NCBI GenBank assembly: GCA_964344285.1
Contig: CAYFMM010000004.1
Span: 43,347 to 107,346, forward strand
Length of the DNA: 64,000 nt
Reading direction: 5' to 3'
Origin: an uncultured Methanosarcinales archaeon
GTDB taxonomy: Archaea; Nanobdellota; Nanobdellia; Woesearchaeales; GW2011-AR9
The notes beneath the pieces were generated by a model. That model did no database searches. It was given only the letters and a program-made list of their open reading frames with translations, and was not told the origin of the DNA. Below, in pieces: positions 48,893 to 58,786 of the stretch. Within the stretch, counting starts at the first letter, position 1, and each line of letters starts with the position of its first letter. A program made the position numbers and the translations under genes.

Positions 48893-50608
48893 CTACCTAT
48901 GTAACATCCAAAAGATTAGCCGATCTTCCTTTTTCTCTTCAAGTGTGCAAAAAGCAAATCTCTCAAACTGAACTGTAGTTCCAACATCAAGAGATGCTAG
49001 TTCAGCTTCACCATAACCCTCAACTCTCTTCCCATCAATTCCCACAACTTCAACACGTACGACTTTCCCAACAGGTAACCAATGGATGATCTTTCCTTTT
49101 TTCTCGGATTTCTTAAATTCTTCATGTCCTCCTTCTATTCTCTCTAACATGCCCTTATTCATAATCGCGTTACAACAATCCATTAATCTATGCACATGGC
49201 CTTCTAATAACTCATCAACATCTCTTTTAGCAAGATAAAATAACTCACTTACTTCTAACTCACGCACACCTTTTTCTGGCATTTCAGGATGTTTTTTTAA
49301 TACAACTTTTTTACTCTGCATTCCCTTAACTTCCATCTTCTCAGGATCCTCGACAAAGAAATATCTATCTGCACTCTTTTCAACAATCTCTTTATTGAAT
49401 GCATTTACCATCTTCCAGAACTCTTCCATTGTTACTTTCTTATCATTCATACTCAGTCCAATTTCAATTGCAAACTTTCTAAACGCAGCAGCAACATACC
49501 CTCGCTTACGCAGTGCAGGTAAGAATGGAATTCTAATATCGTCCCAACCATTATACTCTTTTTGCTCAATTGCAAGTTTAGTCTTAGTAGTGCTTAGATC
49601 ATACCCAATAAAGTTAATAATTCCCCAATGTCTATACTCTGGATGCTTCCAGCCAAAACAATCCATGATCATTCTTTCTTTAGCTGCATTGTCCATGTGG
49701 TCCTTTCCATTCAACACATGCGTAATTCCAAGTTCATGGTCATCAATTGCAACAGAAAGCACCATTAACGGCCACACTTTATGTTTTGTTCCTGTTCTAG
49801 GATGGGCATGTTCAGAAATTCGCATCAATGAAAAATCTCTCATCGCTGGGTTTTTATGTTGCATGTCAGTTTTCAAACGTAAGACTGCTTCACCTTCTCG
49901 ATATGATGTAAACATTTTTTCAAACCTTTCCATCTGCTGAGTAACATCATGTTCCCTATATGGGGAAGGCTCTCCCTTTGCTTTCATCTCACGCCATGTA
50001 TCTGCATCAAGCAAACATACATACGCTTGACCTTTTTCAACTAACTGTCTAGCCAGTCGGTGATATGTTTCAATCCTATCTGACTGTACAACTACTTGAT
50101 TTACTCTGCCATCTGTAAGCCACTTTGCATCTTCTTCAATCATCTCATATGCTTTAGGATAAATATTGGCTGGATTTGTATCTTCAATTCTCACAATAAA
50201 CTTGCCCTCATACATTTTGGCATACTCTGCATTAAGGGACGCACCATATGCATGTCCAATATGTAGGGGTCCAGAAGGAGACGGCGCAATTCTTACCACT
50301 ACTTTTCCTTTTTCTGCATTAGGCAACTCTTTAAGCGGGCCTTTGATTTTCTCAACTTTTTTTTCTTGTAATAATTCTGGTGCAATTTCTTCTAACTTAG
50401 ATTTAATCTCCTCGGCACTCATATCTTTAACACTCTGAATTGTTGCATTAATCTCTTTCATTACATTTGGAACATCTTTTTTATATTCTAAACTCTCTCG
50501 CAGTGTCATTCCAAGCACAACTTTGGGGTTTACACTACCTTTAAAATCAAGCGCATTCTTAAGTGAAAATTTCAAAATTGTTTTTTGTAAATCAGTTAAC
50601 TCTGTCAT
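48893..50608 (-). CDS. gltX: glutamate--tRNA ligase (archaeal-type GluRS)
   Basis: Class I HIGH motif 'PSPSGPLHIGHAYGASLN', 'FIVRIEDTNP', and an archaeal-type N-terminal extension and C-terminal anticodon-binding domain. 571 aa. Confidence 0.85.
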   Translation of the reverse strand: MTELTDLQKTILKFSLKNALDFKGSVNPKVVLGMTLRESLEYKKDVPNVMKEINATIQSVKDMSAEEIKSKLEEIAPELLQEKKVEKIKGPLKELPNAEKGKVVVRIAPSPSGPLHIGHAYGASLNAEYAKMYEGKFIVRIEDTNPANIYPKAYEMIEEDAKWLTDGRVNQVVVQSDRIETYHRLARQLVEKGQAYVCLLDADTWREMKAKGEPSPYREHDVTQQMERFEKMFTSYREGEAVLRLKTDMQHKNPAMRDFSLMRISEHAHPRTGTKHKVWPLMVLSVAIDDHELGITHVLNGKDHMDNAAKERMIMDCFGWKHPEYRHWGIINFIGYDLSTTKTKLAIEQKEYNGWDDIRIPFLPALRKRGYVAAAFRKFAIEIGLSMNDKKVTMEEFWKMVNAFNKEIVEKSADRYFFVEDPEKMEVKGMQSKKVVLKKHPEMPEKGVRELEVSELFYLAKRDVDELLEGHVHRLMDCCNAIMNKGMLERIEGGHEEFKKSEKKGKIIHWLPVGKVVRVEVVGIDGKRVEGYGEAELASLDVGTTVQFERFAFCTLEEKKEDRLIFWMLHR

Positions 50609-50651
50609 AATCGCTTAAAGAAAAGAATGGTTATTAAAAGTTTCTGGTAGT

Positions 50652-51230
50652 TTATTTATTTTCGTAAGAAAGACGTAAACACTCTGCTAATACAAAACCA
50701 TCAAAGGGAAAAGCAAGAGTCTGTGTTGTTTTTTCTCCTAATGTCTCAACGATTCCTACGCCAAACCTTCCTACTAGGGTTTGTGGTTTATCGTCTTTTG
50801 CCTGTACATATACTTTAGGCAAATTAGGCAATTTAACATAATTAGGTACCCATATCTTTCCTTCGCTACTTTGATGCCATTCTTTTACAAAATTACCAAG
50901 TGAAATTGCATCGCCTTCAATTAGTAAGGAAGATAATCCTTGTAGATTATATTCTCTTCTAAATTGGCTCCCTCTCTGGTGGTATATATCTTTAACCTCT
51001 CCTTTGGTTTCAATTTCTTCCAATCGAGGTGATTCTAATGTGCCTGAATAATAATTGGCAGTCTCTAACAATTCTCCAAGAGAATCCTGCATAGAAATCT
51101 TATTTCCTTCATCTACAATGCTTCTAAAATCTGAAAAGTCATCAAACTCCAATCCGCTAGACCATCTGGCAACATAAAATCTCTCTAAAGCTTTGACTCC
51201 TTCATAAACCCCCATTCTCAAAATAGTCAA
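50652..51230 (-). CDS. hypothetical protein
   Basis: 192-aa ORF. Confidence 0.4.
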   Translation of the reverse strand: MTILRMGVYEGVKALERFYVARWSSGLEFDDFSDFRSIVDEGNKISMQDSLGELLETANYYSGTLESPRLEEIETKGEVKDIYHQRGSQFRREYNLQGLSSLLIEGDAISLGNFVKEWHQSSEGKIWVPNYVKLPNLPKVYVQAKDDKPQTLVGRFGVGIVETLGEKTTQTLAFPFDGFVLAECLRLSYENK

Positions 51231-51260
51231 ATACTACTTTATAATCCTTTTGACAAAAAT

Positions 51261-52070
51261 CTAGAATCTTCCCTTCTCAATCAACTTGCGCATACGCTTT
51301 ACAAAGTCCTCGGCTTCTTTGTACAATTTCTCATACTCTTGCCCTGTAATTGTTTGCAAATCTCGGTGCACAATCTGTTTATTTAATTTGTAAAACTTAC
51401 GCATAGTATCAACATATTTTTTTTCAAGCAGCTTCTTTTTTACATACACACGATCCATCAAATCAGCCACATGCTCTGGGGTAGGCGGAACTTGATTTGC
51501 ACGCATCAAAGAAGCATGAGCTGCATCAATTACACTCCAGTATAAATCTAGTGTCGCTTGCAATACATGCCAACGAGAATTAATCAACGTTCTAGGAGAC
51601 CTACCAAAATATCTCCATACGCTCTCCTCTGAAGGTCTCACTCTTCCCATTTTCAATAACTTTTGCAATGGTTGGAAAAAACCAGTGTCATACAATGGTA
51701 CTCCATCGCGCAAAATATTTACTACAACTGGATCTCCTGACTTTACATGGTCCCAAAAAGAGGTAAATGTCATAGAAGTAATATGTAGTTTTAATGAAAT
51801 CTTAGGGATTAAATTTTCCATAATAATTCTATACCCTTCTACTAGCGGATCATCAATAATAAATGATGCATCGTCAGTAATCACAAGCACATCAATATCG
51901 CTTTTACTTGTGGTCTGTTTACGTGCAGAACTGCCAAATGCTACTACACCGAGCACAAAATCATGTAGCTCCTTTCGCAAATGATCTGCAAACTTTTGCG
52001 CAATCGCTAAATCTTCAGTTGGGTACTTGATACTATTTTCATTTTGCTTGCGCTGTATTTTAAATTCCAT
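51261..52070 (-). CDS. nucleotidyltransferase (minimal NTase fold) fused to HEPN-like C-terminal domain
   Basis: 'VVAFGSSARKQTTSKSDIDVLVITDD' is the GS...DxD minimal nucleotidyltransferase motif. The helical C-terminal half is consistent with HEPN. Confidence 0.6.
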   Translation of the reverse strand: MEFKIQRKQNENSIKYPTEDLAIAQKFADHLRKELHDFVLGVVAFGSSARKQTTSKSDIDVLVITDDASFIIDDPLVEGYRIIMENLIPKISLKLHITSMTFTSFWDHVKSGDPVVVNILRDGVPLYDTGFFQPLQKLLKMGRVRPSEESVWRYFGRSPRTLINSRWHVLQATLDLYWSVIDAAHASLMRANQVPPTPEHVADLMDRVYVKKKLLEKKYVDTMRKFYKLNKQIVHRDLQTITGQEYEKLYKEAEDFVKRMRKLIEKGRF

Positions 52071-52146
52071 TACAAATCTAAAAAGAGAAACACGTTTATT
52101 AAGCTTTTATAATTACTGTTGAGTAGGACTTTACTAAAATGCTCTA

Positions 52147-52635
52147 TTAATCGTGGAATAACTTCACATATTCAGGTAATGTTGGTAAAAATTTCTCAGA
52201 AGACTCTTGCATCTTTTTTTTCAATTCACCTACTTTAAACCACTGCACTTCCTCGACTTCATCTTCTTGTATTACAAAGTCCTTTGCTTCTTTATCAATC
52301 TGCAATGTGAACCATTGTGTAAAATGGTGAAATTCTCCTGTTGTCTCTGTTTTTGGACCTATAACAAATGCAACATCTTCTAAACCAATCTCTTCTTTTG
52401 TTTCCTTTATGATATTTTGTTCATAACTCTCTCCTTGCTCAACAGTTCCTGCAACAGCAGGTCCCCACATATTAGGATGTTTTTTCTTATTCCTATGTCT
52501 TCTTGCTAATAGAACTTCTCCTTGAGAATTTGTAATCCATAATGCAGAAACACGGTAAATGTCTTCTGTTGTAGTTTCTGTAATATCTTTCACTCCAATC
52601 TCCTTGTCGCTTTGATCTACAATAATTATATTCAT
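52147..52635 (-). CDS. Nudix hydrolase
   Basis: Nudix box 'GTVEQGESYEQNIIKETKEEIGL' (Gx5Ex7REuxEExGu). Confidence 0.75.
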   Translation of the reverse strand: MNIIIVDQSDKEIGVKDITETTTEDIYRVSALWITNSQGEVLLARRHRNKKKHPNMWGPAVAGTVEQGESYEQNIIKETKEEIGLEDVAFVIGPKTETTGEFHHFTQWFTLQIDKEAKDFVIQEDEVEEVQWFKVGELKKKMQESSEKFLPTLPEYVKLFHD

Positions 52636-52692
52636 GTATCTCTTTTCTCCACCAATACCTTTAAATATCTATCCATGCTCCTCAAGACTTAA

Positions 52693-53997
52693 ATGAGGCT
52701 GGTTATAACTCTATTAGCAATCTTACTTATTGTCCCTCTAGCTTTTGCAGCAACAAATGATCAGGTCAAAATCTCAGACATTAATGTAACAATTCATTCA
52801 CAATCTCCAAATCCAGTGGAACCTGGAGATGTTCTTACACTAAAACTAAAAGTTGAAAACACAGGGGGAGAGACTAAAGATGATGTTCTTATTGAAATTC
52901 TTCCAAGCTTTCCTTTCTCAATGTATGGCCAAAGCCCAATCTTAAATCTTGGTAAATTACCTGCATCAAAAACAGGAGCAGATGCTGCAATCATTGAATA
53001 TGAATTAAAAATTGACCCTGCCGCTGTTGAAGGTGATGTTGGTTTAGATTTAAAGGTAACTGTAGGCACTAGCACAAGAGTATATAACAACAATGAGTAC
53101 ACAATCGACATTCAGACACAAGATGCGATTTTAGAAATTACTGAAGTAAAAATTGAGCCACAGCAAGTCCCACCAGGAGGAACAGCAAAAGTAACAGTAA
53201 TGGTAAAAAATCTTGCAGACTCTTTACTTAGAGATATCAAACTTTCTTTAGATTTTGACGACACAACAATCCCCTTGGCTCCGCATCAATCATCCTCTGA
53301 AAGAAGACTCTCTTTACTTGAAACAGACTTTCAAAATGCACTTACTTTTGAAATTATTGCAGATCCAGATGCAACTTCTGGTTTGTACAAGGTCCCAATG
53401 GAAATATCCTATTATGATGAAAAAGGGAACTCTTATTCTGTAGATGACCTTCTTGCAATTGTAGTGGGAGACACTCCTGCAGTAAAACCATTTATTAGAA
53501 GAAGTACAGTTCTTCAAGCAAACAAGGAAGGTGTAATCACACTTGCAATTGCAAACGCAGGAGTTACAGATGTCAAATTCTTAGAACTATTTATCCTCCC
53601 TTCAGAGGACTATGAATTAATCTCTACTAGCGATTATTATTACATTGGAGATGTGGATTCTGATGACACAGAAACAGAAGAAATTGATATCTTCGTAAAT
53701 AAAAGAGTTGACTTACTTAGTTTTCCTGTACGCCTAAAATACATGGATGCTAACAACAAGCCATTCCAGCAACAATTTGACTTGGAATTAGAACTATATT
53801 CTTCCTCGGAGCTAAAAAAATATGGTATTATTACGGGTGGAAGTGGAGGCACAATTTTCTTCTTAATCATTCTAGCAGGTCTAGGATTCTTCTGGTACAA
53901 AAAATATTACAAAAAAGGTATTATCTTTCCTTGGAAGAAAAAAAGGCAAAGTTCACATACGCAGCAAAAACAACAAGTGCCAGCTAAGCACAAATAA
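52693..53997 (+). CDS. secreted surface protein with C-terminal TM anchor and basic tail
   Basis: Signal peptide 'LVITLLAILLIVPLAFA', beta-rich repeats, then C-terminal 'GGSGGTIFFLIILAGLGFFWYKKYYKK'. Confidence 0.5.
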   Translation: MRLVITLLAILLIVPLAFAATNDQVKISDINVTIHSQSPNPVEPGDVLTLKLKVENTGGETKDDVLIEILPSFPFSMYGQSPILNLGKLPASKTGADAAIIEYELKIDPAAVEGDVGLDLKVTVGTSTRVYNNNEYTIDIQTQDAILEITEVKIEPQQVPPGGTAKVTVMVKNLADSLLRDIKLSLDFDDTTIPLAPHQSSSERRLSLLETDFQNALTFEIIADPDATSGLYKVPMEISYYDEKGNSYSVDDLLAIVVGDTPAVKPFIRRSTVLQANKEGVITLAIANAGVTDVKFLELFILPSEDYELISTSDYYYIGDVDSDDTETEEIDIFVNKRVDLLSFPVRLKYMDANNKPFQQQFDLELELYSSSELKKYGIITGGSGGTIFFLIILAGLGFFWYKKYYKKGIIFPWKKKRQSSHTQQKQQVPAKHK

Positions 53998-54014
53998 ATT
54001 CTTCATTCCATCTT

Positions 54015-54047
54015 GGGTATAATACCCCGATGCTTTGCATCGGTTAC
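54015..54047 (+). terminator. conserved 3'-end motif UAAUACCCCG + hairpin GAUGC-UUUG-GCAUC (copy 1)
   Basis: Found 18 nt after the stop of the 52693-53997 gene. Shares 'GGGUWUAAUACYCCG-stem-UYUG-stem-GRUUAC' with 62050-62083, with compensatory stem changes. Confidence 0.45.
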
Positions 54048-54070
54048 TTTTCCTAATTCAAGATTGACTA

Positions 54071-54104
54071 AAATACCCCGGAGCTCTGCTCCGATGGGGT
54101 TTTT
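54071..54104 (+). terminator. conserved 3'-end motif AAUACCCCG + hairpin GGAGC-UCUG-GCUCC, followed by UUUUUAUUU (copy 2)
   Basis: Tandem with copy 1. Same AAUACCCCG lead-in and UCUG loop. A T-tract follows. Confidence 0.45.
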
Positions 54105-54177
54105 ATTTCTGTTAACTCTCACAATAAATACCAAAAATTTATAAATATGGTTTAAAACCATAAAGCTATGGTTTTAA

Positions 54178-54762
54178 ATGGTTAATGAAGAAAAAGCAAT
54201 CTTACAGTACTTAATTGAACATAAAGAACAAAAATTTAGTATTAACCAATTAGCAAAAGCACGTAATATCAACTATAAATCAGCATATCAAAACATCCTT
54301 AAACTACGACAAAGAGGTGTTATTAAAACAGAGAAGTTAGCTAGTGCCACGTTGTGCTCCTTTAATTACATTTTAGATCCTTTAGTTTTTGCAGTTGAAA
54401 CCAAAAGAAGGGAAATAATTTTACGTAACAAGAATTTTCGTTCTATTTATAGAGAGTTAAAAAAACTAGATAATCCCTTCTTTATTGTTCTTGTTTTTGG
54501 CTCTCAAATAAAAGGAAATAAAACAAAACAATCAGATATTGACCTTCTTCTTATAGCTGATGATAAAAAACTATCTGAAAACATTGATAAAGAACTATCT
54601 CTTTTACCTTTTAAGATTCATGCGATTCATATTCCAACCGTCGATTTCCTCAAAATGGCACATGATCGTGATTTCAGTGTTGTAGAGGAAGCCAAAAAAA
54701 ATAATATTATCTTGATGGGCATAGAAAATTATTATCACTTACTTCAGAATGTTAGACTCTAA
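54178..54762 (+). CDS. MNT-type nucleotidyltransferase (antitoxin-like) with N-terminal wHTH
   Basis: 'FIVLVFGSQIKGNKTKQSDIDLLLIAD' is the minimal nucleotidyltransferase motif. The N-terminal HTH-like segment is 'INQLAKARNINYKSAYQNILKLRQRGVI'. Confidence 0.65.
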   Translation: MVNEEKAILQYLIEHKEQKFSINQLAKARNINYKSAYQNILKLRQRGVIKTEKLASATLCSFNYILDPLVFAVETKRREIILRNKNFRSIYRELKKLDNPFFIVLVFGSQIKGNKTKQSDIDLLLIADDKKLSENIDKELSLLPFKIHAIHIPTVDFLKMAHDRDFSVVEEAKKNNIILMGIENYYHLLQNVRL

Positions 54763-55297
54763 AAAAATTACACAAGCAGAACAAAATGTTACATCTTACC
54801 TACAGGATGGTCTTATGAAAAAAATTGAATATAATCAAGATATCCTTCATACATATATCACAAACTCTCAGGAAAGTCTTAGAGTTGCAGATTTAATCTC
54901 TGAAAATAAAGCTTCAAACCTATGGGTAATTGTAGTCTCTTATTACTCTATGTATTACATTAGCAATGCTGTCCTTTACAAACTTGGGTATAAGATTGGA
55001 GATAAAATCAGTCATAAAATCACCAGTGATTCGCTTATTGTTTTTGTACGTGATAAGCTACTGCAGTCTCTTTTAGAAAGTTTTGAGGAAATTAAAGAAG
55101 AAGCTTTAGAATTAGTTTCAAATAAAACGGATCAACTTATTATGAATTTTGAACAAGAACGTGCAAAGAGGGGGAAGTTTCAATATCAAATGAATGAGGA
55201 AATAAAAGTAGCAAAGGCAACAACATCGCTACAACGAGCAAAAGAATTTGTCAATGAAATGAAAGATGTACTTGATTCACTTCAGGAGCGTAGATAA
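54749..55297 (+). CDS. HEPN domain protein (toxin-like partner of MNT)
   Basis: All-helical 182-aa protein overlapping the MNT gene by 14 nt. Architecture is typical of HEPN-MNT pairs. No clear Rx4-6H motif was seen, so this is assigned by context. Confidence 0.5.
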   Translation: MLDSKKITQAEQNVTSYLQDGLMKKIEYNQDILHTYITNSQESLRVADLISENKASNLWVIVVSYYSMYYISNAVLYKLGYKIGDKISHKITSDSLIVFVRDKLLQSLLESFEEIKEEALELVSNKTDQLIMNFEQERAKRGKFQYQMNEEIKVAKATTSLQRAKEFVNEMKDVLDSLQERR

Positions 55298-56511
55298 TGA
55301 TTAAGGATTACTTTAGACTAGCATATAGAAGTGCACGGCATAGAAAAATTCGTTCTTGGTTAACTATGATTGGCATTTTCATTGGTATTGCTGCAGTTGT
55401 TTCTCTCATCTCCTTATCGGAAGGGCTAAAAGTTGCAATTGAAGATCAATTTGTAGGTCTTGGAACTGACAAAATTATTGTACAGGCTGCAGGAGGTGGC
55501 TTTGGTCCTCCTGGAACAGGTGTGCCCGTAAGACTTACCAAGGAAGATGAAAAGGTGATTGAAAAAACTAGGGGCATAGAACGTGCTGTTGGTAGACTGA
55601 TACGTACAGTAGAAGTAAGAAGAGATAAAGAAATACGTTATGCCTTTGCTGTAACTGTAACAGAAGATCCTGAGGAATTAGATTTGATCATCTCTGCAAA
55701 CGATTATCAAATAGACCAGGGAAAATTTCTTGATAAAGAAGATGCTGCTGAAATCGTCATTGGCAGTGGGTACGCAGCAGATTTATTTGACGAGCCATTA
55801 GAATTACGTGACAAAGTTCTCTTGGAAGGAAAAGAATTCAAAATTGTTGGAATCCTCAAAAAATCAGGTAACCCTCAAAAAGATAGCTCTATTGTTATAC
55901 CTGATCAATCTCTTAGAAATATCCTTGGTTTAGGAGATGAATTTGACATCATCCCTGCACAAGTTCAAGCAGGTTTGTCTGTAGACACGGTCTCAGAAGA
56001 TGTCAAAAAAGAATTACGTAAATCTAGAGATGTAGACGAGGGAAAAGAAGATTTTACAGTACAAACACCACAACAAGTAATTGGCACACTAAATTCAATC
56101 TTAGCAATTGTTCAAGGAGTCCTTGTGGGCATTGCTGCAATCTCTTTACTTGTAGGTGGTATTGGCATTATGAACACTATGTATACTGCAGTACTTGAAA
56201 GAACAAAAGAGATAGGAATTATGAAAGCTATTGGTGCAGAAAATAAAACAATCTTACTCCTCTTCTTAATTGAATCTGGTTTTCTTGGATTTTTTGGAGG
56301 ACTAATTGGTGTAACTTTAGGTGCAAGTTTTAGTAAGGCTGTTGAGTTAATTGCTTTTCAAATTTTTGAAAGTCCACTCATCAAAGCAAGTTTTCCTCCT
56401 GTTTTACTCATCGGAGCACTCCTCTTTGCATTTGTTGTAGGGGCAGTATCAGGAGCCTTTCCAGCAAAACAAGCAGCAAAACTCAAACCTGTAGATGCGC
56501 TAAGGAAATAA
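55297..56511 (+). CDS. ABC transporter permease, MacB/FtsX family
   Basis: N-terminal TM 'IRSWLTMIGIFIGIAAVVSLISL', a large extracytoplasmic domain of about 230 aa, and a C-terminal 3-TM FtsX domain 'LLVGGIGIMNTMYTAVLERTKEIGIMKAIGA'. Confidence 0.8.
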   Translation: MIKDYFRLAYRSARHRKIRSWLTMIGIFIGIAAVVSLISLSEGLKVAIEDQFVGLGTDKIIVQAAGGGFGPPGTGVPVRLTKEDEKVIEKTRGIERAVGRLIRTVEVRRDKEIRYAFAVTVTEDPEELDLIISANDYQIDQGKFLDKEDAAEIVIGSGYAADLFDEPLELRDKVLLEGKEFKIVGILKKSGNPQKDSSIVIPDQSLRNILGLGDEFDIIPAQVQAGLSVDTVSEDVKKELRKSRDVDEGKEDFTVQTPQQVIGTLNSILAIVQGVLVGIAAISLLVGGIGIMNTMYTAVLERTKEIGIMKAIGAENKTILLLFLIESGFLGFFGGLIGVTLGASFSKAVELIAFQIFESPLIKASFPPVLLIGALLFAFVVGAVSGAFPAKQAAKLKPVDALRK

Positions 56512-56521
56512 ATACATAAAA

Positions 56522-57742
56522 ATGATCAAAGACTATCTTAAAATACCATTTAACGAAGTACGCAGAAGAAAACTTAGGTCGTGGCTCACCCTAATCGGTG
56601 TAATCATTGGCATTGCTGCTGTTGTTTCTCTTATCACTTTAGGTCAGGGACTTCAAAATGCAATTCAAGGTCAGTTTGATGCTCTTGGAAATGACAAACT
56701 CTTTATTACAGCAAAAGCAAATACATTTACGCCAGGACTCACCACAGATTCCGTTAAAATAACAGAAAAAGATCTTGAAGTAGTACAATCAACACTTGGA
56801 ATAAAAAGAGCAACAGGTTCTATTTTTTCAACAGCAAAAATTGAATTCAACGACCAAGTACGCTACTTTAGTATTGCTGGATTTCCAACAGATCCACAGG
56901 ATCGTGCTTTGCTAGGTGAAGCTCAGTCATTCAAAATTGGCCAAGGCAGAAGTTTACAAGATGGCGACAAAGATAAAGCAGTTCTTGGTTACTCATACAC
57001 ACAACCTACTCTCTTTGACAAAGAAATTACAACTTCCTCTAAAGTCCTAATTCAAGATGTAGAATTTAAAGTAGTTGGCTTTTGGGAAAGAATTGGCAGT
57101 CCTCCAGATGACCAATCCATTTCCATTCCTATTGAAACATACTGGGAAATCTTTGGACAGGAAGATGAATATGGGTTTATCGTAGCACAAATTCAAGCAG
57201 GAGAAGACATTAACCAAATGGAAGAAAAATTGTCTCGTGAACTCCGTAAATCAAGAGGTTTATCCGAGGAAGAAGAAGATTTAAACATTGAAACCCCTCA
57301 ACAACTCTTGGGGGCTTTTACTACAATCCTAGATATTGTTCAAATTGTCTTAATTGGTATTGCTGCAATTTCTTTACTTGTAGGCGGTATCGGAATTATG
57401 AACACTATGTATACTACAGTCTTAGAACGAACAAAAGAAATTGGTGTTATGAAAGCTATTGGTGCACAAAATAAACACATTCTTGCTCTTACACTTGTTG
57501 AATCAGGGTTTTATGGCCTTGGAGGAGGACTTATTGGGACTATTTTAGGCCTAGGTTTTGCAAAGGCAGTAGAAGCAGCCTTTATTCTTGCAGTTGGTCC
57601 TGCCTTTCTCTCCGTAGAAATTAGCTTACCCTTAATCTTCTTTGCGCTTACCTTTTCCTTTGTTGTAGGGATTTTATCTGGCATTGCTCCAGCGTGGAGG
57701 GCGTCTAAATTAGATCCAGTGGAAAGTCTAAGGTATGAATGA
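56522..57742 (+). CDS. ABC transporter permease, MacB/FtsX family (paralogue)
   Basis: Same architecture: 'LLVGGIGIMNTMYTTVLERTKEIGVMKAIGA'. Confidence 0.8.
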   Translation: MIKDYLKIPFNEVRRRKLRSWLTLIGVIIGIAAVVSLITLGQGLQNAIQGQFDALGNDKLFITAKANTFTPGLTTDSVKITEKDLEVVQSTLGIKRATGSIFSTAKIEFNDQVRYFSIAGFPTDPQDRALLGEAQSFKIGQGRSLQDGDKDKAVLGYSYTQPTLFDKEITTSSKVLIQDVEFKVVGFWERIGSPPDDQSISIPIETYWEIFGQEDEYGFIVAQIQAGEDINQMEEKLSRELRKSRGLSEEEEDLNIETPQQLLGAFTTILDIVQIVLIGIAAISLLVGGIGIMNTMYTTVLERTKEIGVMKAIGAQNKHILALTLVESGFYGLGGGLIGTILGLGFAKAVEAAFILAVGPAFLSVEISLPLIFFALTFSFVVGILSGIAPAWRASKLDPVESLRYE

Positions 57743-57891
57743 GCAGGGTATGGTGTTCAGTGTACAAGGTATAAAGAAAAAATTAAAAAGAAGCAGAACA
57801 ACAAATAATCAAATGGAGGATAAGTTTCAGATTGGTAACTAAGCTTTCAAAGAAAGCGCACGTTGCCGTTTGATCAAACTTTACAAAGTTT

Positions 57892-58599
57892 ATGACAAAA
57901 CCAATCATCGAGCTCAAGAACGTATGGAAGACATACAAAATAGGAGAGATCTCATTAGATGTACTTAAAGGCGTAAATGTACAAATAAACAAAGGAGACT
58001 TTGTAACAATCATTGGTCCTTCTGGTAGTGGAAAAAGTACAATGATGAATCAAGTTGGCATTCTTGACACTCCAAGCAAAGGCAACGTCTATTTAGAAGG
58101 AAAGAATATTTCCACCCTCACAGAATCAGAACTCGCACAACTCCGAGGACAAAAAATAGGTTTTATCTTTCAGCAATTTAACTTAATTCCAACACTTACT
58201 GCGCTTGAAAACGTAATCTTACCTACTATTTTTCAAAACATGCCTCAAGAAGTTCGACAAAAAAGAGCAGAAGAACTTCTTACAATTGTAGGCCTTCAAG
58301 AAAGAATGCATCACAAACCAACTGAACTCTCAGGTGGTCAACAACAACGTGTTGCTATTGCTAGAGCCTTAATTAACGATCCAGAAATTATTCTTGCAGA
58401 TGAGCCTACGGGAAACCTAGATTCTAAATCTGGAAAACAAATCATGGACATGCTCACTAGATTTCATAACCAAGATAAAAAAACAATAATCTTAATCACA
58501 CACGATACAGACTTACTTCGTTATGCACAAAAAACTGTACACCTCAAGGATGGAATTGTCCAAAAAGTATCGATGAATGGTAAGCCTCATCCTGCATAA
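57892..58599 (+). CDS. ABC transporter ATP-binding protein (MacB/LolD-type)
   Basis: Walker A 'GPSGSGKST', Q-loop, signature 'LSGGQQQRVAIARAL' and Walker B 'ILADEPTGNLD'. Confidence 0.85.
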   Translation: MTKPIIELKNVWKTYKIGEISLDVLKGVNVQINKGDFVTIIGPSGSGKSTMMNQVGILDTPSKGNVYLEGKNISTLTESELAQLRGQKIGFIFQQFNLIPTLTALENVILPTIFQNMPQEVRQKRAEELLTIVGLQERMHHKPTELSGGQQQRVAIARALINDPEIILADEPTGNLDSKSGKQIMDMLTRFHNQDKKTIILITHDTDLLRYAQKTVHLKDGIVQKVSMNGKPHPA

Positions 58600-58786
58600 A
58601 ATTATTTCGAAACATATTGACTATATTCTGCATATACTTTTTTCTTTCTCTCTAAAAATATCTGTTGAACAACCTAAATCTTTATAAATTTGCTAACCCC
58701 AAAAATCCTATCAAAAGGGTGGTATTTATGGAATTAAAAAATGATTTACATTTTTTGACCATTAATAATGCAGGAGGTGCATATTA

